This document shows, piece after piece, positions 46,291-57,220 of a stretch of DNA of 64,000 nt. Source of the stretch: Podarcis erhardii (taxonomy: Eukaryota); assembly GCA_964252035.1 (NCBI GenBank), contig OZ176202.1. One strand, 5' to 3'. Numbering within the stretch: the stretch's first letter is position 1; the number at the start of each line of letters is the position of its first letter. Position numbers and translations under genes: made by a program. A model generated the notes under the pieces. The model did no database searches and was not told the origin of the DNA. It saw nothing but the letters and a program-made list of their open reading frames with translations.

Positions 46291-47914
46291 TGGGATGCTG
46301 AAACAGCTTGTTCTTTCTTCCCCATGTTCTTGTTTTCTAAAACTATTAAACAATGCAGTGTAGAATCTCTTACTCCCTTCTGTGAATATAGATGAAGTTT
46401 ATTTTTGTACATGGCCAGACATTTTGTATACCAAATAAGCTCAGCTTGAGTTCTAATGTATCTAGATTATTCTTTAGTGTCCATTAACAAGCTAAAATTG
46501 TAGAGGCTTTTCAGGATAAATAACAGCAAGTAAACTGGAAGATGTAATGAGCTCAGCATGGAATTGGAAACTCAGATCTGGTTCAAAGCTGCTTTGTAAT
46601 TTTACGCAAGTCTCGTCACCTCTCTAACTCACTTGCTTTGTCCTGCATCTGAAAAGAAAGTAGTTTATACAACTTCTTGAAGCACATTCAACCTTAAGAG
46701 GAAAGTTGGGTCACAAAGGCACACAGCCTTCCCCAAAAGTGTTTTTGACTTGATGTGCTTTTTAACTTTTTGCAGTATTTTTTTAAAGCTAAAAGCAAAA
46801 CATTATAAAGTAATTTAAACTGAGGTGTCCAAAGCTGCTCTGGATTTTCTTTCCTTTGATGAGACATAAGGAAGAGAGATGCTTTAACAGGATGGCTGTA
46901 GAGAATGTGAGACAGTTGAATGTGGGTTTGGGGCCGGGGGGCTGAGGGAGGTTAGTAAGTAAATCATTTAACAAATTGACAAAAGCAGTTGTTAAGGCTT
47001 TAATCCAAATAAACTTGTTTAAAAGTGCCTCCATTAAAGCACATGGATCAAGCTTCCAAAAGTGTTGAAGTGCACAGAAAGTTTAATTTTCTGAACAAGT
47101 TTTCACTTGGGGCCTAATACCATAGGTCTGAAAGATACCAGCATAGGTTAGCTTCCACATGATGAGCACAAGCCAGTTGAAGTTAGCTCTTTGAAACTAG
47201 AGCATTCAAGCAATGAAAAGGGACTTCAGGGTGCTTCAATTTAACTGAATCATGTCCAGTATTTAAGCTTAGTATGCTGGGTTATGTAATATGGATACAG
47301 CTGTCCTCCCTGCAATCATGTTAATATGGACAATGTAGTTTAAAAGTACCGTAAATACTTCCAGTATCCATACACAGACAATGACTCATTGCTTTCAGGT
47401 CCACTTTCCATTTAAGTAGATTTACAGACTAAACCTGTGGATGTTGACCATAATACATTTTGAAGCAACAGGACTGCTTTTGCAATAGACTAATTAATAT
47501 GACCCTTTCTACCAGCATAGATATAAATATGGATAAAAAAGATCACATGGTGCATGGAAAGTGAGGATTGCTTCATATAAAGAGGATTTAACATATTCTT
47601 CCTCTCTCACTATCTCCAGAAAAGTGCCTTGCACCTGCAACTGTCTGTAGTGGCAAGTAATTGTGCACATTAAGCAGTCACTAAAATAAGTCATTTCTCA
47701 CATTACATGTCAGTTGATTCATGTGGAACAAGTAGAAACATTCCTTGGTGGCAACATGTACTGTCTGTCTCCAAGACTGTCATGTGCAATGCTAATTCCC
47801 AGACGACCATTTTTGGTAGGGGTGTGCTTTACAATAGTATTTTCACACAGTAAAAAACGTAACATAGCAAGTGGCCCCTTTGACTTCTGACTGTCAAGGA
47901 CCTTAAAGGTATAT

Positions 47915-48140
47915 TCAAAACAAAAAAAATTCCTTCCAGTAGCACCTTAAAGACCAACTAAGTCAGTTCTTGGTATGAGCTTTCGTGTGCATGCACACTT
48001 CTTCAGATATGGTATCTGAAGAAGTGTGCATGCACACGAAAGCTCATACCAAGAACTGACTTAGTTGGTCTTTAAGGTGCTACTGGAAGGAATTTTTTTT
48101 GTTTTGACTATGGCAGACCAACACGGCTACCTATCTGTAA
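47915..48140. mobile_element. Penelope-like element fragment: pLTR piece with an inverted duplicate
   Basis: gaaagctcatacc...ttagttggtctttaaggtgctactgg is a reptile PLE pLTR-type sequence. Perfect 95-bp arms (47915-48009 / 48013-48107); direct repeat CTTAAAGGTATAT at 47902-47914 and 48141-48153. Confidence 0.85.
48010..48051 (+). ncRNA. Minimal type-I hammerhead ribozyme motif
   Basis: UGGUAU (stem I) - CUGAAGA - A - GUGUG CAUG CACAC (stem II) - GAAA - GC - UC / AUACCA (stem I'); predicted cut after C48045. Confidence 0.75.
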
Positions 48141-50376
48141 CTTAAAGGTATATGTAAATGTACCCCTGACCATTAGGTCCAGTCGCGGACGACTCTGGGG
48201 TTGCAGCGCTCATCTCGCTCTATAGGCCAAGGGAGCCGGCGTTTGTCCGCCGACAGCTTCTGGGTCATGTGGCCAGCATGACTAAGCCGCTTCTGGCGAA
48301 CCGGAGCAGCACACAGAAACGCCGTTTACTTTCCTGCTGGAGCGGTACCTATTTATCTACTTGCACTTGATGTGCCTTCGAACTGTTAGGTAGGAAGGAG
48401 CTGGGACCGAACAATGGGAGCTCACCCTGTCGCAGGGATTCAAACCGCTGACCTTCTGATTGGCAAGCCCTAGGCTCTGTGGTTTAGACCACAGTTCCAC
48501 CCATGTCAAGGACCTTAGGACCCCCAAAATGTACCGCTTCCAACAAATCTGTTCAATGTATTCTGATGTGCACACAGCTGCCACACTTGGAAACAGTGTT
48601 CCATTTATTAAATGGAGAAAGTAGATCGTGGATATTCATTTACATTTACAAATGTGTTACTGGAATTGAAGTTAATGAAGCAATGCACAAAGTACATCAG
48701 ATCACATGTGGTACACTGAATTTGGGTCATATGATTGCAAATGCATGTGGTATGACCAACAGGATTTTCATTTAGGTGTTAGGTTGTGTTTTAAAACAAA
48801 TATTAAAAAAATGAGTACCTTGCAATATTTATCCTTCTGAATCGGGGGCACGTATGTGAGATGTGGCCTGCATCAGGTTTCCATCTCCTCCGCAGTTCCT
48901 CTGCACCCTCAACAGCAAGCTGCTGGTGGAGACTTTCCCTGCTGGAGCCTGTGAAAGGAAAGCATAGCCCTGATAATTGTGTGAACAGAGGTATTAGTTG
49001 CATGGGAAAATGTGGGTGGGTTAGTGTGAATGGGGTGTCACCCCTCCATAGGCCCGTATGCAACCCCTGACCTCTGTCCCCTGACAGAATGCAGCCCTCA
49101 CCTCAACTTAAGTTTTTTCTCCTTTTCTAGATACACCCTCAAAAGGCAATTGCTTTTTAAAAGAGCAAATTGAGCGAAGGAAAGAAGCCAACAACAACTG
49201 TTCTTTTAAACAACAAAAGCAATCTAAATTTGTTAGGCTACAGAAGCTGCCTTACTGGTTCAAACTTGAATGAAAGGAAAGGGAAAAACCAGTGTTCACT
49301 CTTATCGAAAGCATTGTATACATTAATATCCCTAAGCTACGTTAGGAATGGAACAATGATGATTGCTTAAACTGAATGACAAAGGGGTAGAACTTCTATG
49401 CCTGTTTACAAATCCAGTGCAAATTTTCCTGATTTTTAAAATATATACACTGCTTTTAAATGTTTTTACAATTTGTTCATCCTTGAGTTAGACTTTTGCT
49501 TGCAGATTATTTTAGTTTATTGTTGATTTAGCAGTTGACCATTTCAATAGTATATATATTGATCCTGGAAAAGCCTTAAAAAGTTAGGTACCTCTTAAAC
49601 ATTATGTACAGCAATGAACTCACTGTAAACAATAGCATGTTATTTACCACCATCTCCTTACATGCAGGGTTCCAGGTAAATGTTGGATTGGAGACTGTCA
49701 AAATACACAAAGCCAGAAGCATGTGCCAATTCAATTTGTCTCTAGACATACAGGGCCACTTAAGTCTCCATGTCATACTGTTTTAGTTGGCATCAAATCA
49801 TAACGTTAGCAAGGTAAGGCCTGATGGTCTAAAGACTTGTAATTGTAAACCTGGCTTTGGTGCAAATGGAAACTCTGGAAATAAGATCTGGAGCACAAAT
49901 CCTTATTAACCCTTTTCACACAGATCTAAGTGCAGGAATAAAGGTCAATTCACCAAGTCATGGCTGTACATCTGTATTGTATTATTTTTAGTCTAAACGC
50001 ATTGACTCCAAGCTAACTTTTACTCATACTCAAGACCTCTTTTTGGAAAACGAAAACTTTAAACAAGTTATGTAACAACTAACAAATGTTGCACTTTCTG
50101 TATATGAATCAATATTTAAATAACTTATTTTTCTCCATTTGCTGTTCTTAAATAATGTAAGTAGCTGTAATATACCAGTACCAATAAGTCTTTGCAGTTT
50201 GCTTCAACCTGAAAAAGCGGTGTATAATAAAAAATGAGAGAAAATGAGGAGGGGGAAAAAATCTTACGAATTTGTAAATATTACTGTGCTCTGTTACATT
50301 TAGCAAAAAGAGGAAACAAAAGGAATTTTCTGTGTATGAAAACTTCTCTATAATTATGACTTATTGTTCATAGGAA

Positions 50377-50386
50377 AATAAATAAA
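50377..50386 (+). terminator. Candidate distal polyadenylation signal (overlapping AATAAA x2)
   Basis: aataaataaa followed about 20-45 nt later by U/GU-rich tgtatcttctttgttagtgttagtaattttt. Confidence 0.5.
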
Positions 50387-51539
50387 TTCTCTCAAGCTCA
50401 TGTATCTTCTTTGTTAGTGTTAGTAATTTTTATTATAAAAGCTGAATTAGGATCAGTAAGGTGCAAAGTTGCTTGGGAAAGGGTAGGGAAGCTGTTTCAA
50501 CCCAAGGATCACATGCCCTCCTAACAAACCATCGGGGGAGCATGCTAGTGGTAGTTCCAGAAGGAAAAAGTGGGTGGAGCAACAAATGTTAATTTACTCA
50601 CTCATTCCTCTCTGTCCACCATCCAGACAACAAAGAGGAATAGGAGGGTGCAAAGCAGTTCCAAGCGAGGGGAGTGGCCTTGGGAGATTTCCATGGACAG
50701 GTAAAGAGGAATGGAGGGCTTCATTGAGTTTTGGGGGCCAGAGTTTTCTTATCCGTGCAATAGGGTTTAGCAAAGAGCATTGCTGAATCTGCAGGGGCTG
50801 AACATGAGCAGGGAAGTCATGAATATCAGCTGTTGATTCTTTCCTGATCTCCAATGTTCCTTCTGTGGCTTTGGAGATTACAGAAATGTCTTCAACTGGC
50901 ATTCATGGATTTACATGTTACTTGAATTTATTTATTTCTGTTTAGGTTGTCCATTGACCACAGTCCTCTGGGCCATTTATAAATATTTAAAAGCTACAAA
51001 AATTACTTTTGACCCAGGAAGCATGTTTGCCCATAATGCTAGAAATGTGAAAAAGTCTTGCAAAGAAAGAGAAGGGCTGGAGTAAATTGTTTAGAAATTA
51101 TTTATTATTTGTACGTGGTGATGACAATCAAAGATGTAGGCTTGCATTGCTAGTTCAGGCTTGGAATCATTCTAAGAGTTCACATTCACTTCAAACTGCT
51201 TTTCCCCATCCCTGCCAAATTAACAGTCAACTACCTCCACTAGGCTGCCTGGGCCCAGCCATCTGACTATATTATTGCTGTGACTCCCAAACTGAGGATT
51301 AAAACTCACTGGTGTGTGATAAATTATCTCTTATTAACTCAGGCCAAAAGCATATTAGGTCTAGCATCCTCTCTCCTACAGTGGACAAATGGATCTTTTT
51401 GCTAACTGACCACTGGTTTAATCTTTTTGTCTGTTGACATACCTCTGGGTAACCAGTTCATAATAAAAAATACACTATAGAAATGGAAGATTTTTAAAAA
51501 GCAAATGGTTGAAATATTCCACAGAATAAAAATTGCCCC

Positions 51540-51733
51540 AAGTATCCTGAACGCTGCAGACCCGGAAGTAAGTGTTCCTGTTTGCTAATGTTTTTCGGAA
51601 GCTGAATGTCCAATGTGGCTTCAACTTGAGTGCAGGAAGCTCCTGCAGCCAATCGGAAGCTGTGCCTTGGTTTCTGAATGAAGTCCAACGGACTCCTGGA
51701 ACAGATTAAGTTCGAGAACCAAGTTACCATTGT
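51540..51733 (-). mobile_element. Tigger-like MITE related to family B
   Basis: cttgagtgcaggaagctcctgcagccaatcggaagctg is the reverse complement of the 35510-35550 core; ends accattg|ta. Confidence 0.7.
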
Positions 51734-51959
51734 AGCTGGTAAGCAGCTGGTTCAAGACTACTGCTCTCATTTGTTTGGTGACCAGGCTGAATGTGTAAGT
51801 CCATCAACTACAGTTTAAAAAATCTCTCTTGGAAATTATCCTGGGCAGTTGCATCATAAACTCTTATTCAAAGAATGAACATGCAGAAGTCTACATAAGG
51901 TGTTCATAGCTACATAGTAAAATTAGATTTCGTTTTGCTGTCAACACTGACTGTAGGTT

Positions 51960-51978
51960 GTTCCACAAGAGGGCACTG
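51960..51978 (+). promoter_or_regulatory. Candidate CTCF site
   Basis: GTTCCACAAGAGGGCACTG fits the CCACNAGRGGGCRC core; motif match only. Confidence 0.4.
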
Positions 51979-53840
51979 TTCTGCTAACTAGAAATAGGAC
52001 ACTGGGCTTTTCCTGCAAGAATTGTGATGAGTTATGATACAGCCACAGGCTGTTTCCAAGTTACTTTTGAGTAACAAAATAGAAATAAAAACAAAAGCAA
52101 CATGACAGCAACAGCAATTGCTCTTATACATTCCTTTAACTGGAAAGAATTATGCCTTCCAAATGGCTGCAGCCTGTCATATTTTGGAGTCAAGCACAAA
52201 TCCTAGAAGTATTCTTATTTCCTCTGTGTGTATGCACATGTGCACATACGAAGATCAAATCCAAGTTACTAGTGAAGAATGACATTCACATTCCAAAAAT
52301 ACAGAAGCCACTTCCTGAACACCATCTGCAAACCATTCAGTTCCAACAGACAGATAACACAGCAAGTCCTCACACAGCAAGACAATGTTCTATTTTCCAA
52401 AGGGTGGAAATTACCTTATTGCTTTAAATCTTTTTAATATATACCTGCCTTATGGCTATGAAAGTCATGCTTGGTTTCACTCAAAGCAAGCCATGATTGG
52501 TGAGTCAAGAACAAACCTTGGATTCACATCATGCTTTGAGTGAAACAAGTCATGATCCCTGGTTCAGACATAACATTAAGCCAAGAGTCATGGTTTGTTG
52601 CTCTCACTAGGCAAGCAGCAAAACACCAACAATGTTCATGTTCATGGTAAACTGATATAAGCATGACATGTGAACACAGCCAATATGTTCCTCATTCAGA
52701 TGAAATGGACAACAATATTAATTGGGCTGGGTTTCTTCCCTGCAACTTCTATATGGCTGGTTTTTGTTTTTAATCTGCTAATGAAACATAATTTGCATAG
52801 CTTGAAAACCTCAAATTGCTATGGAAAAACATCACTGGTTCAGAATCTGCAGATGCTTAGATTTACTGCAGCTATTACCGTAAGCTTCCTTAAAAGCCTT
52901 TGCTCTGTGGTTTACTAGGGCTCCAGCCTGCCCAGTTTCCTCCAGTCTACTCCAACCAGCAGTTGCTTTACACCATGTATCAAGCGGACCATCACAAAAC
53001 CAGTATTCAGAAAGTTCATGCAATTTCAAATTCTGTACTATATCACAAACTAAACGATGCTTGTACTTATCACTCCCCCCACCCCAATCTCCAAATTGCA
53101 CATAGTGGTCTCAGATGCAACAAAGCTTTAAAGAAAACAATAATCTCTTGAGATAAATTCTTTGGATTATATCTAATGAAGTTGTCCTGTTGGTGCAAGG
53201 AGTTCCGCCTGTGCAATGAGGTGTCCCCTCCCTCAACTCTCCCTGCCCTGCCCAATCTGTTCTGGGGGTTTCTCCAGCCCTTTGGAGCAGACGGGGTATA
53301 GGAAGAATAAGTCCCATTGCACTGGCAGAAGTCTGACCCCTAACAATGGATGTCTTCATATTCATACAACCCTATGAATTTATAGTTGGTAAAAAGTTAA
53401 ATGTTTTCTTGGAAGCTCACAGCTTGATCCTCTGACATCGGTGAAGTTGTGTGGCCTAGAGCTCGGCCCAGGATCCTATAGTATGCATGAGGGATTAGCC
53501 TTCCTACATGAGAACTTGTACTATAAAAGGTCTGTAACAGGGATGGCGATCCCATGGCTCTCCTGACCTTATTCAGCTCCAATTATCCATTGCTGGCTGG
53601 GACTGATGGAAGCAGGACTCCATCCCTGGCCTATAATTACGTACATATATCATTTTTCCTCACCAGAGAATAAAATAGACTTATTGCTTTGTATCATAGA
53701 TTAGGGAATAAGGGGTTACAAATCAAAGTATGCAACATCCAAGCAGGCATATGTCTCTTTGTTTACACACTGAACAACTGGTTTGATTACAATATTTGGC
53801 TATGTCCCAGAAAGAGATGACATCAGGATGGGGAGGCCTT

Positions 53841-53866
53841 GACTGACTGACTGACTGACTGACTGA
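53841..53866. repeat. (GACT)n microsatellite
   Basis: Direct reading. Confidence 0.9.
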
Positions 53867-53875
53867 CCTATTTGT

Positions 53876-54156
53876 CAGGGATGGGGAACCTGTTGGTCTC
53901 CAGATGTTGTCAGCCTACAAACCCCATCATCCTTGACCACTGACCACGCTGGCTGGGAGTGATGGGAGTTGGAGTCCCACAACATCTAGAGCAGTGTTTC
54001 CCAACCTTGTGCCTCCAGCTGTTTTGGACTACAATTCCCATCATCCATTGCCACTGGTCTTGCTAGTCAGGGATGATGGGAGTTGTAGTTCAAAAACAGC
54101 TGGAGGCACAAGGTTGGGAAACACTGATCTAGAGGACCTCAGGTGGCTCACCTCTG
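53876..54156. mobile_element. hAT MITE (outer), interrupted by an inner MITE
   Basis: cagggatggggaacctg...ctccagatgttg...caacatctagag [insert] gacctcaggtggctcacctctg. Confidence 0.75.
53992..54126. mobile_element. hAT (Charlie-like) palindromic MITE (inner), 135 bp
   Basis: Near-perfect palindrome cagtgtttcccaaccttgtgcctccagctgtttt...aaaacagctggaggcacaaggttgggaaacactg; 8-bp TSD ATCTAGAG at 53984-53991 and 54127-54134. Confidence 0.92.
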
Positions 54157-55479
54157 AGCCACCTTTGTGGCACAGTAGGCCTTTAAGTCACTGCACAGAG
54201 ACCCAGAGTTAGTAGGCATTAGAAAGTGCCACAGTGAATTTGGTGGACTGAGCTCTAGTTTACTTTGGCCTATGTGAGGGAAGACTGGCATACAAAGTAT
54301 GTTTGCAGTGTGGTCCACACTTGGTTATGTTTTTTCACCTCGGAGTTGTGGCCTCTCAAACCCTCCTGTAGGGTTTATTTTTGGACTTGGACAAGACCAC
54401 TCATGAAAGCTAGTTTAAAGCTAGCTTTCAGAGAATTTAAATAAACTTCAATTTTCTTGGCTCCTTACTAAAGTCTTCTGTCCTGAGATGATGAGGGATG
54501 GAGTTTTCTAGATTCATTAAATGCATACTGACTTGAAATCAGGATGCTGACTTGGCTAATTTACTTATTCAATTCCAGGGTTTAATTTTATAGATGTCTT
54601 TGTAACACAGGAAAAAGTCTGGAGCAATTTGATGTTAATATTTAAGGAAGAGAAAAACGTTACATAAAGCAAATTACAAGAGCAATTGGCTCTGTCCTCT
54701 GTTTGGGGGCAAGTGATAAGTTGATAGTACCTTTTGGCTCTTGAGACTTTAAGAGGAAATGGCAAGCTATCTGAAGGTGAGAAAGGAAACATTCCCGAAT
54801 TATTGCCTACTTTATATACATTGTAATATCCCACTTTGAATGCTAAATGGAAACAACTGCCAAGTTCCATCTGGTCCCAGTAAACTATTTTGGCTGTGAT
54901 TCAAATGAGCCTGTAGCACACATACCAGAGATAGCATGTGTGTGTGTGTGCAGCTGGAAGTCCTGGGACTGTCTCTAGGCTCCAGAGCAGCCCTCCCTGT
55001 CTCAAAACCAGAACCACCACCACCACCCCCCAGCTCTCCAGAAAGGCACTGAAACTGGTTCAGTGCAATGTCTGTGTCTCTTTGGCAAACATTTATTGCA
55101 ACTTGTACAGGAGAATTTCCTATCTGATTACAACCTTTAAATTTAATCTTTTTTATTTGCTTTTTCATAACAATCTCTTATATTTTTCAACTTCTCTAAA
55201 TTGTTTTAAGGCTGGTGTTTAAAACTTAAACTGAAGGATCGACTGAGCTGCCTGTTTATTAAGATCTCCACCTGAAGCCCTATTATGAGTCCCCTGCCAG
55301 AGGAGTTGTACTGAGGGACAGTGCCTATGAGCATCTTATTTGCTATGCTATTCTCCAGAGATACTTTTTATTATTCATCGGTGACCCATTCTTTTTCTGT
55401 TCATTGTTTCAATATTAAATTGTGAAGGCACCTTGAACACATTTCATGGGAAGCTGAGATTAATTTTCATAATTATTTA

Positions 55480-55705
55480 CCGTATTTTTTGCTCTATAAG
55501 ATGCACCAGACCACAAGATGCACCTAGTTTTTGGAGGAGGAAAACAAGGGGGGGGGGAAATATTCTGAATCCCAGAAGCCAGAAAAGCTACGCAGTGAAA
55601 GCAGCAATCCCTCTTGCTGTTCTGGCTTCTGGGATAGCTGCGCAGCCTGCATTCGCTCCATAAGACGCACACACATTTCCCCTTACTTTTTAGGAGGAAA
55701 AAAGT
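55480..55705 (+). mobile_element. Tc2/pogo-like element, copy 2 (3' TIR missing)
   Basis: ta|ccgtattttttgctctataagatgcacc; shares agcctgcattcgctccataagacgcacacacatttcccctt with the other copies. Confidence 0.8.
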
Positions 55706-56639
55706 AAGTACAAGTACAAATACAAGTGTTTGACATGGAACACTCCAGCTATCTTCACTGTTTGCTTCTGAATTTTGAGAAACCCAACTAATTAGCAGTT
55801 GCTGCTATAAAGCTTATTTGTTTATTTGTTTTAAGAATTTATAAACCACTTAATATAAACTAAAGCTATTGGGCCTCAAAACTAAAACCAAGAATTCAGC
55901 TGAGGAAGGCTTTAGTGGGGGGGGGGTCTTCATCCTATTTCTAAAACAGAGCAGTAACTATCTATTCACCAAGGCAACAGGGTTCAATAATGTTGGTGCC
56001 ACCACAGCAAAGGCCTTGTTACCACCAACCACACTCTGAAAGTGTGGCACTGCCAGAAAGACTTCAACAGCTGAGTGCCAGGACTAGGCCGTGATACAGG
56101 GGACAAAAAGGTGTCTAAGATAAGCTGGTCCTCAATTGGTTTGGTCTTAAACCTGGCCCAGTAGCATACAGGCAGGCAGTGCAATTATTTCAACAGAGAG
56201 ACATAGAGCTGCTTCAAAACAGATTGGGCTGCCTCCCTAATCTACAGATAAAAGTCAAATCTTGCAGACAGTGCACATCCCTGTCCAGGAATCATCATTG
56301 TTGGCATACAAATTGAATCTGGCAGAAAGCACTCTAAGCCATTGAAAACACCTTGGCTTCCAGCATTAGTGACAGATCTAGATGCACTGCCAGACTGCAA
56401 GCCTGTTCCTTCGCAGAGAATGCAACCCCACCTGGAACAGGCAATGGACCAGTCACTCAGACCAGGCCTAAAGGTATCCTGCACAAGGTATAAATGTTGA
56501 TCATATTTCTCATCCCAATATATATAGCCCTGAGTCTTGACTGTTGATCTATAATCAGTTCTGAAAGTTTCAACATTTGGGGGGGGGGGGGAGATAGCTC
56601 AGTAGCAAAGGATGTGCAAGCAAAAGGATGACAGGATCG

Positions 56640-56757
56640 TGGAGCTGGAAAAGGCAATGAGAATCATCTAGTCCAGCTCCCTGCAATGCAGGAATCTTTT
56701 GCCCAACATGGGGCTCAAACCATGAGATTAAGACTCTCATGATTAACTGAGTGAGCT
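56640..56757 (-). mobile_element. tRNA-head/CR1-tail SINE, degenerate
   Basis: tcatctagtccagctccctgcaatgcaggaatc...ggggctcaaacc...gagattaagactctcatg: reverse tRNA-like head plus CR1-like tail. Confidence 0.55.
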
Positions 56758-57084
56758 TTTGCCCAGATTTATTTCCCAGCATCTCCGAGTAAGGCTGGGG
56801 GCCTGCTCCATTCTCCACGCTCCTTGTAATATATAGTAGTTTGGTTTTATCCGGGCTATGTTACATTGGGTATTTTGTTTATCTAGCAATCATTTTAGTA
56901 ATATTTTGTGTGTATGAGGTTGTATGGTTTTTATTGTGTGTGGTGTGATCAACTGTAAACTGATTTGCAAAACTTAAGGGTTGAATCTACCCCTGTCCAT
57001 GTGCAAGATGGGGCTGCAGAGGGAGGGGAGGGGAGGGGAGGGAAGGTAGGTGAAGACCTGCTAATCAGGAGTGTGCAGCGCAAT

Positions 57085-57220
57085 TAAACCAATTACCTGG
57101 GGGGAAGGTATTGAAGCAAAGGCTGGATGGCTATCTGCTGGGGATTCCGTATTGTGCATTCAGTAAGGGGTTGGACTAGATTGTCTACAAGACCACCACC
57201 ACCCCAACTCTACAATTCAC
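57085..57220 (+). mobile_element. CR1 3' end fragment
   Basis: aagcaaaggctggatggctatctg...ggggttggactagat...ccaactctacaattc. Confidence 0.65.

Larger units (their letters stand above)
47906..48507 (-). mobile_element. Sauria (Squam1) SINE, interrupted by a Penelope-like insertion
   Basis: acccctgaccattaggtccagtcg...gtggtttagaccacag; flanking direct repeat TGTCAAGGACCTTA at 47892-47905 and 48504-48517. Confidence 0.9.
44989..50400 (+). other. SASH1: Probable SASH1 3'UTR (long form)
   Basis: Follows the stop codon and is AT-rich, with TGTAHATA motifs (45892, 50273) and AATAAA at 45446, 49937, 50226 and 50377/50381. The end point is inferred, not measured. Confidence 0.5.

Noticed and set aside
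47915-48107. Possible pre-miRNA or CRISPR-like repeat
   Set aside because: It is a single inverted duplication of a Penelope pLTR with a TSD; there is no repeat-spacer array, and the stem is longer and more perfect than a typical pre-miRNA.
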